Notes: a model not told the origin generated them from the letters alone. A DNA stretch of 64,000 bases from Trueperaceae bacterium (GCA_040905465.1 JBBDRK010000017.1:79274-143273); one strand, 5' to 3'; positions 30,150 to 40,324 are shown, counted from the first letter of the stretch. Numbers and translations: made by a program.

Positions 30150-31330
30150 CTGCCTTGAACGGTAAGGGACAGTGGCATGAGGTCAAGCGGCTGCTCGACA
30201 AGACGTTCATCTCGGGTGTCTATACGACCAAACAGGGACGGCGGCTCGAAGAGTCGGCTGATGAACTCCTGGCGGAGTCGCTCTTCGGCGCGATAGCCGA
30301 TGCCGGACTCGAGCCTAGTGAAGTTGATGGACTGGGTGGTTTACGGTCACCGGTCGAAAGCGCTTCACAAGCGTTTGCCGGGAAGTGGGCGGAAATACTG
30401 GGGCATCCGCTACGCTACTACACCACCGTGGATGCGGCCTCTGCGTCACACTGCGCCGTGCTCTTGCACGCCGCCCTGGCGGTAGGAACCGGACTCGCCA
30501 AGCACGTCGTCGTGCTCGGCGGCGGCTCGCGCTCTCGAGGCGACAGGGTCAACGAGATGGCCAGCTGGCACGGGGAGTTCGACACTTCCTGGGGCACTCT
30601 GATACCCAGTTGGTTCGCTTTGATCGCGCAGAGGCACATGTTCCAGTACGGTACGACGGCTGAGCAGTTGGCCGAGGTGGCGGTCAGCACCAGGCGGTGG
30701 GCAAGCATGAATCCCGACGCCATCATGCGCAAGCCGATTACGGTCGATGACGTTATCAGCTCTCGAATGATTTCGAGCCCCTTGCATCTTCTTGACTGCT
30801 GCCTAGTCAACGACGGTGCAGGCGCGGTGGTCATCTCTTCGGCTGCCTCGGGCAGCGCGAACGGCAAGCGTCCAATTAAGATCCTGGGAGGCTCTGAGGA
30901 GTACACCTTTCGCGGCTACACAGATGTCCAACACGACATGCTCGACTCCGGAGCCACGAGAACCGCCAGAACGGCGATGGAGATGGCGGGGGTGTCACAC
31001 GACGACATCGATGTCGCCGAACTGTACGATTGTTTCACCATTACAGTTCTCCGCCTGCTTGAGGACTTCGGTTTCTGCAAGCCGGGCGAATCCGGCGACT
31101 TCGTGAGTGGCGGCCGACTGGGTCCGACGGGTTCACTGCCCACGAACACGCACGGTGGCGGCCTCTCTTTCAGTCACAGTTTCTCGGGCTTGTCACACAC
31201 GATCGAAGCAGTAAGGCAACTTCGCGGTGAGTGCGGACAACGCCAGGTTCCGAATGCCAACATCGCTGTCGCCCACAGCAATGGTGGTCCTCTCGCCCTC
31301 CACAGCACGTTGGTGCTTGGAGCAGGCTGA
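30146..31330 (+). CDS. Thiolase-fold (SCP-x/Ltp2-like) protein lacking the nucleophilic Cys; probable aldolase
   Basis: PLHLLDCC..NDGAGAVV, ELYDCFT, NTHGGGLS, EAVRQLRGE; the usual ACAS position reads AASAS. Confidence 0.85.
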   Translation: MTALNGKGQWHEVKRLLDKTFISGVYTTKQGRRLEESADELLAESLFGAIADAGLEPSEVDGLGGLRSPVESASQAFAGKWAEILGHPLRYYTTVDAASASHCAVLLHAALAVGTGLAKHVVVLGGGSRSRGDRVNEMASWHGEFDTSWGTLIPSWFALIAQRHMFQYGTTAEQLAEVAVSTRRWASMNPDAIMRKPITVDDVISSRMISSPLHLLDCCLVNDGAGAVVISSAASGSANGKRPIKILGGSEEYTFRGYTDVQHDMLDSGATRTARTAMEMAGVSHDDIDVAELYDCFTITVLRLLEDFGFCKPGESGDFVSGGRLGPTGSLPTNTHGGGLSFSHSFSGLSHTIEAVRQLRGECGQRQVPNANIAVAHSNGGPLALHSTLVLGAG

Positions 31331-31399
31331 GGTGAGCTTGGGTGTGACAAGGCGACACGTCTTTAGCGTATATGCGAGACAAGGAAAGGTGGTAAGCAG

Positions 31400-32062
31400 A
31401 TGGAACTGACATTCTGGGGACAGTCCTGCTGGCAGATAAAGATCGACGGAGTAGAGCTTCTCATCGACCCGTGGTTGACCGGAAACCCCCAACTGGGTTA
31501 TATACCCGACGGTTTGAACCCGGACCTGATCTTGGTAACCCACAATCATACCGATCACGTTGGCGACGCCATTCCACTCGCCAAGCGGTTCGATGCAACG
31601 ATAATCGCCACACCATCGCATGCACGGCATTACGAGGCGGAGGGTGCCAAGGCCGAGCGCCTGCACCTCGGCGGGAGAAGGCGGTCCGACTGGGGATCGA
31701 TCAAGGCCGTGCAGGCGTTCCATGATTCACCGCTTTCAATCGGAAACTCGTGGCGAGTAGAGCTGGGTGCCGAGTGTGGCTTCGTCATTGAGGCCGAGGG
31801 CAAGAAGATCTACCACGCCGGTGACACCTGCCTTTTCAGCGACATGAGCCTGTGGGCTCCCGTGGACCTTGCTCTCCTGCCAATGGACGGCCAGATGGTG
31901 ATGGAGGCGGAGGACGCCGTGCGGGCGGCGCAGTTCGTCGAGGCGTCGCTCACGATTCCCATTCACTGGAGGAGCAGCGATCCACATGAGTTCGTGCGGA
32001 TGCTGGAAGCAGCCGGCCTCCGGGGCCAGGTGCCCGAGATCGGCAAGTCGATAAGCCTATGA
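31400..32062 (+). CDS. Metal-dependent hydrolase, MBL fold (UPF0173-like)
   Basis: LIDPWL, THNHTDH, YHAGDT, IPIHW. Confidence 0.9.
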   Translation: MELTFWGQSCWQIKIDGVELLIDPWLTGNPQLGYIPDGLNPDLILVTHNHTDHVGDAIPLAKRFDATIIATPSHARHYEAEGAKAERLHLGGRRRSDWGSIKAVQAFHDSPLSIGNSWRVELGAECGFVIEAEGKKIYHAGDTCLFSDMSLWAPVDLALLPMDGQMVMEAEDAVRAAQFVEASLTIPIHWRSSDPHEFVRMLEAAGLRGQVPEIGKSISL

Positions 32063-32150
32063 AGCCAGTTGTCGAATCACGAGTCGAGCCGGGACGCGCA
32101 TTGCCGCGTGTGGCGCGAACGGACGCGACCGAATGCGCCGGAGGGTAGCC

Positions 32151-32867
32151 TTGAACGTCGGATTTCGTGTCTATACTGAAGTCAGTCGAGCGCGACGCGA
32201 GTTGGTCGAGGCCCTTCAAGATGCTGCTGTTGCCAACATCGCGGACGCGATGCACGGCACGGGAGTCATGGATTCTCGCATCGCACCGCTCTATCCAGGA
32301 ATGAAACGAATCGCTGGTACCGCGATCACTGTCGACGTTACCCCCGGGGACGGAATGATGCTGAGGAAGGCCCTTGACATCGCACAAGATGGGGATGTTC
32401 TCGTGATTAACGCTCACGGTTGCCGTGAACGAGCTGTTCTGGGGGGAAACGTTTGTATTGCCGTAAAGCGAAAAAAGCTGGGCGGGATCATCGTAGACGG
32501 GGTAGTGCGCGACGTGGAGGAAGCCCGCAACCTGGATGTGGCGGTGATGGCCTGCGGAGTAAACGCGCGCTCTGGCACCACGAATAGTGGCTGGGGGGAA
32601 GTAAACGTCCCAATCGCGTGCGGCGGCTCGGTCGTGAATCCGGGAGATATCGTCATCGGCGACTTAGAGGGAGTCGTTGTCGTGAACAAGTTGTTTGCAG
32701 GCGATGTTCTCGAGTCGCTGCGGCGAGTCGAGGAGAAAAGAGGCCGCCCGGACGAGCTCTCTCAACGCTTTGAAAAGAGCGTGTCACAACAAAGCTACGG
32801 TCTCACCGCCGTTAACGAAGAGCTGGTTTCGCGTGGTGCCAGCATAATCGATGGTGCTGTCGCGTAG
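32151..32867 (+). CDS. RraA / HMG-CHA aldolase family protein
   Basis: NIADAM, IAGTAITV, GDVLVI, DGVVRD, VNPGDIVIGDLEGVVV. TTG start after GGAGGG. Confidence 0.9.
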   Translation: MNVGFRVYTEVSRARRELVEALQDAAVANIADAMHGTGVMDSRIAPLYPGMKRIAGTAITVDVTPGDGMMLRKALDIAQDGDVLVINAHGCRERAVLGGNVCIAVKRKKLGGIIVDGVVRDVEEARNLDVAVMACGVNARSGTTNSGWGEVNVPIACGGSVVNPGDIVIGDLEGVVVVNKLFAGDVLESLRRVEEKRGRPDELSQRFEKSVSQQSYGLTAVNEELVSRGASIIDGAVA

Positions 32868-32951
32868 TTAGCCCTTGTCGCTGATTGCCGCCCATTGCGG
32901 GGTCGTGTGCCGAGTCAACTGAATGCAAGTGTCTTATGGAGACTCGACCGG

Positions 32952-33812
32952 GTGGGCGAGCCTGCGCGGAGGAGAGTTACGGAAGAAGCGAGAACAATTC
33001 GGGTTGAATTGGGTTATCTCAACCGGTTTGGGCAGTCCCGATCCGTAAATGCGTACTTCGTGCGCTACGGGACTGAGGCGGTGATCATTGACACCGGAAA
33101 TGGTACCTACGAGCATCACTCCCGAATACTGGAGGAGTGGACGAATTTGGGTCAACCTCGTGTGCGCTTCATCCTGCTTACACACGGACATTCAGACCAT
33201 AGCGGAGGCGCTCGTAAGCTGGCCGAAGTGTTCGAGGCACCTGTCGCAATTCACCGCCTGGACAAGCCTCTTCTCACCAACGCGGTTCCTCTGGTACCCG
33301 ACGATCTTCGGACGATCGATTCGCAGTTGAATCTCGGTGCGGCTCCGATCACTCCACTTCATACTCCGGGCCACACGAACGGGCACGTGTGCTTCCTCCT
33401 CACTGGTGAAGCTACCCTCTTTTCAGGCGACACCGTTCCCGCAGTCGCGTCTACTTTGATTGGACGGACTCACGGAAACATGGCAGCTTATCTGGAATCC
33501 CTCCGGTCACTGCTAAAGATACAGTTCGGGACCGTCGCTCCGGGGCACGGAAAAATGGTCGACGACGGCTGGCGGCGAACGCTTGATGTCCTCGAGGTAC
33601 GGCTGAGGCGCGAAGGTGAAATAGTTGCTCTGCTGCGAGTCTCTCCCCGTACGGCGGAGGACATTATTGGAGTGTTTTACGGCGCATCTGCCAGTTCTGC
33701 TACTCGGACGATGGGGCTGACCATGGTCGAAAGCCACCTACGGCACCTTGAGTCGAATGGCAGAGTTTCAATGACTGATGGGCGTTGGCATCTTGGCCGC
33801 AAGTCTTTGTAG
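32952..33812 (+). CDS. MBL-fold metallo-hydrolase with C-terminal winged helix
   Basis: IIDTG, THGHSDHSGG, HTPGHT, FSGDT, PGHG. Start uncertain (32895-32952). Confidence 0.85.
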   Translation: MGEPARRRVTEEARTIRVELGYLNRFGQSRSVNAYFVRYGTEAVIIDTGNGTYEHHSRILEEWTNLGQPRVRFILLTHGHSDHSGGARKLAEVFEAPVAIHRLDKPLLTNAVPLVPDDLRTIDSQLNLGAAPITPLHTPGHTNGHVCFLLTGEATLFSGDTVPAVASTLIGRTHGNMAAYLESLRSLLKIQFGTVAPGHGKMVDDGWRRTLDVLEVRLRREGEIVALLRVSPRTAEDIIGVFYGASASSATRTMGLTMVESHLRHLESNGRVSMTDGRWHLGRKSL

Positions 33813-33944
33813 ACGAGGTCCGGTTCGACGAGTACGGTTGTCGAGACCGCCGATAGAGGGATTCACCGACGCAATCGTCCGCCGGCATAGCAGGTAGTGG
33901 ATATCACCGCGGGATAATTTCGAGACCTTCCTGACGAGGACTCC

Positions 33945-34427
33945 GTGACCAACCGCCCTGAGCGACGACCCGACTACTTTCAGGCACTCTGGCTCGCTGA
34001 TCGTTCAAGCCAGAACGAAGCGAACGGCCGGGCGATGTCCGAGTCCGAGACCCCGGTCGAGTGGGCGTACGAGTTCTGGGACGAACTGATCGAAAACCTC
34101 CGACACCGGGACGGCCACAACCGTGCCATCGCCGCTCAACTTCTCTGCAACCTGGCCAAGTGCGATCCCGAGGAGCGGATTCTGAGCAACCTTTCGCGGG
34201 TGGTCGAAGTCACCAGGGACGAGAGGTTCGTAACGGCACGGCACTGCCTGCAGTCACTCTGGAAGATCGGCGTCGTCGGGCCGGCGCACCGAGACCGGCT
34301 CGTCGACATGCTGGCCGAGCGGTTCGAAGGCTGCGGGGCAGCGAGGGCCCCGGTGCACATTGGTCGGGTCCGAGCAAAAGCGCCAGATCACGGACCGGCG
34401 TTTAGGTGTCGAAATCTCCCATGCTGA
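33945..34427 (+). CDS. Helical-repeat hypothetical protein, probably truncated near 34345
   Basis: Core WAYEFWDEL..HNRAIAAQLLCNLAK..DERFVTARHCLQSLWKIG resembles a conserved hypothetical family (from recall). The sequence degenerates after ERFEGC and overlaps the convergent gene. Confidence 0.55.
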   Translation: MTNRPERRPDYFQALWLADRSSQNEANGRAMSESETPVEWAYEFWDELIENLRHRDGHNRAIAAQLLCNLAKCDPEERILSNLSRVVEVTRDERFVTARHCLQSLWKIGVVGPAHRDRLVDMLAERFEGCGAARAPVHIGRVRAKAPDHGPAFRCRNLPC

Positions 34428-35391
34428 TGACGACCTTGCCACGGGCGTGACCCGCTTCCAGGTAGCTCATCGCTTGCGGGACCTCGCACAACCCGTATTG
34501 CCTGTCGACGATCGGCGTGACTTCTTCGGATTCGATGAGGTCCTTCAGGACGATCAGGTCCTCCTGGACGGTCGAGGTCAGAATCGGGACGAGTTTCTGA
34601 CTGACGAACAGCGAAAGCACCATGGCCCGGAGCAGCCGGGGCAGCGGCGCCAGCCAGCGACCGCTTGGTGCGCCGACTAGTACGAGGTACCCTTGAGCGG
34701 TCAAGGCTCGCAGGCATTCCGGTAGGGAACGGTTTCCAACGGCATCGAGAATCAGGTCGTACCGTATTGCGTTCCGGGTGAAGTCCTCCAGGGTGTAATC
34801 GACGACGCGGTCAGCGCCGAGCGACCGAACCGTTTCCAGGTTCCGCGTGCTGCATACACCGGTCACGTCTGCTCCGAACCATCTGGCGATCTGGACGGCG
34901 AACGTGCCCACGCCGCCCGAAGCGCCGTTTATCAGAACCTTTTGCCCAGGTCGGAGCTTTCCCTTGTCGCGAAGCCCCTGCAGGGCTGTGAGCCCCGCAA
35001 CCGGGACGGCTGCTGCCTGCTCGAACGTCAGGTTTGCGGGTTTCAGGGCGAGTGCGCCTTGCTGGGCGTTCACATACTCGGCGAAGGCGCCGCGTTGCGT
35101 CCCGAAGACCTCATCGCCCGACTTGAACTGCGTCACACCGCAGCCGACCGCCTCGACCTGTCCAGCCAGATCGACTCCCAGGCGAGTGACTCTTGGTTTG
35201 CCGATCCCGGCTCCGGCGCGCATGATGTACGGCTCGCCTCGCATGAAGTGCCAGTCCACCGGATTGAGGGCAGCCGCGCGAACGCGCACGAGCACCTCCT
35301 CGTCGCCGACGACCGGTTTGTCCAGTTCCTGGAGTTCCAGGACATCGGGCGAGCCGTACTGCCGCTGCACGATCGCCTTCATCAGTCCCAT
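34402..35391 (-). CDS. MDR superfamily NAD(P)-dependent oxidoreductase (quinone-reductase-like)
   Basis: YGSPDVL, LNPVDW, GDEVFG, INGASGGVGTFAVQ, GKVVI. Confidence 0.93.
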   Translation of the reverse strand: MGLMKAIVQRQYGSPDVLELQELDKPVVGDEEVLVRVRAAALNPVDWHFMRGEPYIMRAGAGIGKPRVTRLGVDLAGQVEAVGCGVTQFKSGDEVFGTQRGAFAEYVNAQQGALALKPANLTFEQAAAVPVAGLTALQGLRDKGKLRPGQKVLINGASGGVGTFAVQIARWFGADVTGVCSTRNLETVRSLGADRVVDYTLEDFTRNAIRYDLILDAVGNRSLPECLRALTAQGYLVLVGAPSGRWLAPLPRLLRAMVLSLFVSQKLVPILTSTVQEDLIVLKDLIESEEVTPIVDRQYGLCEVPQAMSYLEAGHARGKVVISMGDFDT

Positions 35392-35416
35392 TCGTACGCC
35401 TGTTCGGACTCCCCGA

Positions 35417-35842
35417 TCAGCAATACGTGCTTCGCAGATGTTCGACTGACCGCTCTACCAGCGTGCGCAGTACGCCGCGGTCGACATCGTCGAGCTTGTT
35501 CAGGTAAAGGCAACCCTTTCCCGACTTGAATTTGCCGAGCCTGGCCGTCAAGTCCGGCTCCGACTCGAAGACGGACATGTCGCAATTCATGTACAAGGTC
35601 AGGTTGCGCTTGCGCGGGGAGAAGCCGGTGAGAAAGGTGTCGCCTTCGTGGCCACTGGCGTAACGGTAGTGGTAGCTGCCGAAGCCGACCATGCTCGAGC
35701 CCCACATCTTCGGCTCCTCTTTCGTGACGTCTCGCAATAGATCGAGAAGCTCGAGGCAATCCTGACTGCGCTGATCGTCCTCGACCCTCGCCAGGAAGGC
35801 GTTGACACTGTCAGCCGTGGGCTTGGTCTTCAGCTCGGTCAA
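35417..35842 (-). CDS. DUF1801 (YdhG-like) protein
   Basis: MWGSSMVGFGSYHY, GFSPRK, LGKFKSGKGCLY. Confidence 0.88.
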   Translation of the reverse strand: MTELKTKPTADSVNAFLARVEDDQRSQDCLELLDLLRDVTKEEPKMWGSSMVGFGSYHYRYASGHEGDTFLTGFSPRKRNLTLYMNCDMSVFESEPDLTARLGKFKSGKGCLYLNKLDDVDRGVLRTLVERSVEHLRSTYC

Positions 35843-36501
35843 GGTGGAGCTCCCGAGATCAGCGCGCGAACCTTGAGGTGCGTAACCTCTGGTGTCGCGA
35901 CCGTGCGTACCAGTTCGAGGCCGTGCAGATCGTCACCAACGCCGTCGAACAGCCTCGCACCACCGCCGAGAAGAATCGGTACCAGGTGCAACTCCATTTC
36001 GTCCACCAGTCCCGCCGAAAGGTACTGCCCCGCGATGTTGGCCGCGCCGGCCAAAGCAACGTCCTTGCCGCCCGCGGACTGCCGGGCCAGCTCGAGCGCC
36101 GCCTCGATACCCTCGGTCACGAAGTAGAAGGTGGTGCCGCCCTCCATCTCGAGCGGCTCGCGTGGATGATGGGTTACGACGACGACCGGGTGATGGAAAG
36201 GCGGATTTCTGCCCCACCACCCGGTCCAGGGTTTCGCCTCGTCCCATGGGCCCGGATGGCCGCCGAACATATTGCGGCTCATCAGCGTCGCGCCGATGTC
36301 CGAGTTCAACTGCTCTACTACCGCGTTGCTCTCGTTTGCCTCTCCACCCTCGCGGCCGTGCGGTTCGCGCCAGGCCTTTAGCGGGAACACCCACTCGTGC
36401 AGGCGCTCTCCACCCACGCCCAGCGGGTTTTCGAGGCTCTGGTTCGGGCCGGCCACGAAACCATCGAGCGACATGGAGATCCGGAACCGCAGCTGTGACA
36501 T
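35839..36501 (-). CDS. Dihydrofolate reductase / RibD C-terminal family protein
   Basis: SMSLDGFVAGP, LHEW, GLVDEMELHLVPILLGGG. Start at MSQLRF. Confidence 0.9.
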   Translation of the reverse strand: MSQLRFRISMSLDGFVAGPNQSLENPLGVGGERLHEWVFPLKAWREPHGREGGEANESNAVVEQLNSDIGATLMSRNMFGGHPGPWDEAKPWTGWWGRNPPFHHPVVVVTHHPREPLEMEGGTTFYFVTEGIEAALELARQSAGGKDVALAGAANIAGQYLSAGLVDEMELHLVPILLGGGARLFDGVGDDLHGLELVRTVATPEVTHLKVRALISGAPP

Positions 36502-36561
36502 GAGCCGAGTGTACACGGCGAACCCGCGGACGAGCCAATCCACCGAGGCAACACCAGCTCC

Positions 36562-39050
36562 TCAAACATCCGCGAGCGACTCCAGAGCAAACCCGACCGC
36601 ACCGCGCAGATCCATGCCCCGCCCCCGCGACCAGCCGGCTTCGAAAGCCTCATGGCCGCTCCGGCCTTGTCGCCCAGCTTCTCCGACATGGCCAGGCTCT
36701 CCTCCAGCATCGCGCCGGCTTCGTCGAACCGGCCCTGCAGGCTGTAGAGAATCCCCAACTCGGCGAGCCCCAACGAAACGCCCGCCTCGTCACCGGTCTC
36801 GCGGGCAACGGCCAGGCCCTGCGAGAAAAGTTCCTCCGCCAGGCCGTACTCGCCCACGTACAAGGCGTTGTCGGCCTGTTCGTTCAACGCCAGGAACTCC
36901 GTCTTCCGGTCCCCCACTTCTCGCGCCACCGCAAGCGCTTCTTCGGAGAATGCGCGGCCAAGCTCGATCTCGCCCTGCAGTGTCGCCTTCAAGCCGGCAC
37001 CTCGTAACGCCTTCGCCCGGGCGGCGGTTCGTTGTGGGGTAGGAATCGCCAGAACCCGGCCCAGCCACTCGCGCGGCTCGGACACCATTCCCCGCCAACC
37101 CCAATACCAGTTCAGGGAACCGGCGAGCCTCAGACCCAACTCGGCCTGAACGCTCGACTCCGCCCAATCTAGAGCGGCCCGGAAGTTGTCGTACTCGGCC
37201 CCCACCCGCGCCAACCACGACTCTTGCTGAGGGGTGAAGTCGTGCTCCCCGGCTTCCTCCGACATCGAGGCGAAGTATCCGGCATGCCTGTCCTTCACCT
37301 CGCGCTCCTCGTCCGGGTGCTCGGCCAGCTTCTCGCTGCTGAACTGATAGAGCAGCGGGTGCTGGTCGTAGCGCCCTGTTGCCGAGACGCGCAGGAGCGA
37401 CTTGTCGATGAGCGCCGCCAGGACGGGTATGGTCGAGCCGGCGACGAAGGCAGCCGCTTCCCGGCGGAATCCTCCACGGAAGGCCGCCAACTTCCGCAAA
37501 ACAACCTTTTCCCGTTCCGTCAGGAGTGTCCACGAATGCTCGAAGGCGGCACGAATGCTGTGGTGACGGTCCGGTGCGTTCCGGTTGCCGCCGCCGAGGA
37601 AGTCCAGATTACGGGCTACCTCCAGCGCAATGTCGGCCACCGGCAGGACCCGGACCCAGACTGCAGCGAGCTCCAGCCCCAGCGGCAAACCGTCAATGAG
37701 CCGGCAGATCTCGAGAAGGTGCGGCAGCTCCTCCTGGCCCAGGCCGAAGCCGGGCCTCACCTGCCGCGCACGGGCCAGGAAGAAGCGGACCGCGTCGAAC
37801 GCCTGTGCCTCTTCCGCGGAGGCTGTTGGCACCGGGTAGGCTAGCCCGCTCAGCGGCATCAACCACTCCTCGGCCAGGCCGAGGCGTTCGCGCGAAGTGA
37901 CGAGCAGATCGATGCCGGGACAGGCCCTCAGCAGCGCTGCCGGTATGGCCGCTTCGTCGAGGAGCTGTTCGTAATTGTCGAGCACCAAAAGCATCCGCGC
38001 ATTGGCGAGTGCGCCGGTAACCTGCGCCAGAGGGTCGGCCTTGCCCTCGAGCGCGATCTCCAGCTCGGAGGCGATCGCGAGGGGAACGCTGGCCGAAGAT
38101 ACGGCGGAGTCCAGCGGCACGAAGTGAGCGCCATCGCGGTAGCTTCCCCGCAACTCCGTGGCCGCCTGCAGCGCCAGCCGCGTTTTTCCCACGCCCCCGG
38201 GGCCGGTCAACGTAACCAGCCGGTGTGAAGACTGGCTCAGCATACTGATCAGTTCGCCCAGCTCCAGGTCGCGGCCCAGAAAGGTGCTGTGGGGGGAGCC
38301 CCTGATGCTTCTGGCGGCCCCGGCTATGCCTGGCGATCTCGGTGCCGGTACAGGACGGCCGGTGCCAACCGAGGCGACTTCGGGAGACGCCTCCCTGGGG
38401 GCTGCTAGGTTCGGCCGCAGCTCCCTCCTGCTGTTGGCCCACCTGCGCCTGCTGGTCGGCCAACTGTTCCTGGATCGCCTGCTCGAGCCTCTCGGTAGCG
38501 GAGGCGGGCGTCAGATCCAGCTTCTCCGCAAGCGTCTTGCTGAAGTTGTGATAGTGCCTCGAGGCAAGTTTCGGCTGTCCGCTCTGCGCGAGAAGGCGCA
38601 TGATCGACTGCAGCGCATCCTCGTCCAGCGGGTCCTGGGCCAGCAGGCCCTCCGGCACTTTTACCGCTTCAGAGATTCTGTCGGCGTCCTCGATTTCCGC
38701 CGACCGGCGGAAGGCGGCGGTTCGGTACGATTCCTTGAGGACTTCCCGTTCCATCTCCAGCCAGGTGGCGAACTCTCCGGTACCATCGAAGCTCGCGCCG
38801 CCGAACAAGTCGCCCCGATAGAGGCGAGACCTTCGTCCCAGGCCTCGTTCTCCACCGCCGATCTGAACGCCTCGACGTCGCACTCCACTCGCCAGCGCAG
38901 CCGGGTGTTCTCGGCGTCCAAATCGCGTGCGAACGGCAGGTTCCTGCAACGCGCCAGGAGGCCGCGCAGGTTGGTGCGCGCCTGCTCGTTGCCGGCGTCG
39001 GGCCAGAACAGGAACGCCAGCTTCTCGCGCTCCACCCAGCCGCCTTCCGC
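36562..39050 (-). pseudogene. Decayed AfsR/SARP-like regulator (BTAD + P-loop ATPase + TPR)
   Basis: Fragments in changing frames: WVEREKLAFLFWPD, LYRGDLF..WLEMERE..DPLDE, TLTGPGGVGKTRLA, LLVLDNYEQ, DGLPLGLELAA, TPRs, and the terminal AFEAGWSRGRGMDL..AL*. 5' end missing; frame breaks near 38820, 38400 and 36655. Confidence 0.85.
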
Positions 39051-39212
39051 TCGCCCGCACCGGCGGAGTTTCTGGGCGGAACTCATGAGATGCCGGTGGG
39101 CAACACCGCTTACGTTACCGTCGACCTCGAGCCGGGTAGCTACGCGTTCGTCTCCGAACTTTCGCCATCGTTCGGCATGTGGAAGGTCTTCACCGTTCTA
39201 GGCGCCGAGTAG
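39045..39212 (+). pseudogene. C-terminal remnant of a cupredoxin-like protein
   Basis: FRSPAPAEFLGGTHEMPVGNTAYVTVDLEPGSYAFVSE...GMWKVFTV..*; no start or N-terminal part. Too short for the ORF track. Confidence 0.55.
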
Positions 39213-39555
39213 TACCTGGGTGAGCTTTCATTCGCCGTTCCCGGCTGACGACGAGCATCTCGTCGTCAGCCGGTATTGCGCCGGGGGTAGTCCAGTTTGG
39301 CACGCTTGACAGAGGTCGTTTACGGCCCGCCGCCGCGCAAGGAGCCCCGTTACAGATTCGGTGCTCCGGACGCACTATTTTGCTGAGTAAGCAGGGGAGA
39401 ACGGCGAGATTTCGGGTCTCCTCTGCTGCAGAAGGGTATCCCGCCATTATTCGGCTGGATACCCATTTTGTTTGCACGTGCTACTCGCTGATCCGCCAGC
39501 TGTTCAGGCGAGGTTCATCGCCTTCCTACTACCATTGCAGTCGAGGGGGCAACGG

Positions 39556-39810
39556 ATGATGAGCAGCATCGAACTACAGAAGGACCTTCAGGACTGTGTG
39601 AACCGCATCGAGGACCTCGCCAGGCGCAAAGGCTGCGAGAAGACTCTGGAATTCGAGCTCTATGTGATGCGTTGGGGAGCGGAACTGGCGGCCAGTTCAC
39701 AGAGCCACGACCTGGCGCGATCGGTGATGCGCGAAACCCTGGAGCTCGGAGCGATGCTGGAAGGCGACTCACCCCATAACGGCCTCAGGCGGGCCGGTGA
39801 GGGCTTGTAG
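39556..39810 (+). CDS. Small hypothetical helical protein (84 aa)
   Basis: GAGGGG RBS, ATG 39556, natural-looking composition; no family recognised. Confidence 0.55.
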   Translation: MMSSIELQKDLQDCVNRIEDLARRKGCEKTLEFELYVMRWGAELAASSQSHDLARSVMRETLELGAMLEGDSPHNGLRRAGEGL

Positions 39811-39832
39811 CTGGTAATATCTCTCCCAAGAG

Positions 39833-40324
39833 ATGGCGGACAGAAGGCTCGAAGAATCCCTGCGACATATTCATCCGCCCAAGGGCGCGCGCTCTTGGCA
39901 CGGCGGTCCGACGGTCCTGGGTGCATTGCGGGGGGTGACGCCAGAGGCTGCGTCCTGGAAGCCTTACCCCGATCGCCACAGCATCTGGGAGCTTGCCCTT
40001 CACGTGGCCTACTGGAACTACCGGGTCCTCGCGCGAATCTCGGAGGAGCTCGATTTTCCACGTTCTCCATCGGACTGGCCGGCTGTCCCCGAGCCGGCCG
40101 ACGCATCCGCCTGGCAGGAGGACCGACGGTTCGTGAAAGAGTGGCACGATCGGCTGGTGGCCGGGCTCGAGTCTCTCGACGACCACCGGCTGGACGAGAA
40201 GGCCGGTAATACCGAAACCTATGTCGCCGACATTGTTACCGGGGTACTCCTGCACGACACCTATCATGCTGGACAGATCCAACTGATGAAGCGGCTGGCG
40301 CGAAGCGCCGGGATCGGCGAGTAG
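39833..40324 (+). CDS. DinB family protein
   Basis: WHGGP, HSIWELALH, HDTYHAGQI. Confidence 0.9.
   Translation: MADRRLEESLRHIHPPKGARSWHGGPTVLGALRGVTPEAASWKPYPDRHSIWELALHVAYWNYRVLARISEELDFPRSPSDWPAVPEPADASAWQEDRRFVKEWHDRLVAGLESLDDHRLDEKAGNTETYVADIVTGVLLHDTYHAGQIQLMKRLARSAGIGE

Noticed and set aside
25430-31330. True cholesterol or bile-acid degradation cluster
   Set aside because: No KstD, Ksh, Hsa, P450 or KstR-like genes in the window; only the module architecture is shared.
36562-39050. NLR/STAND anti-phage defence protein
   Set aside because: The BTAD-ATPase-TPR layout is a common transcription regulator; there is no effector domain and the gene is broken.
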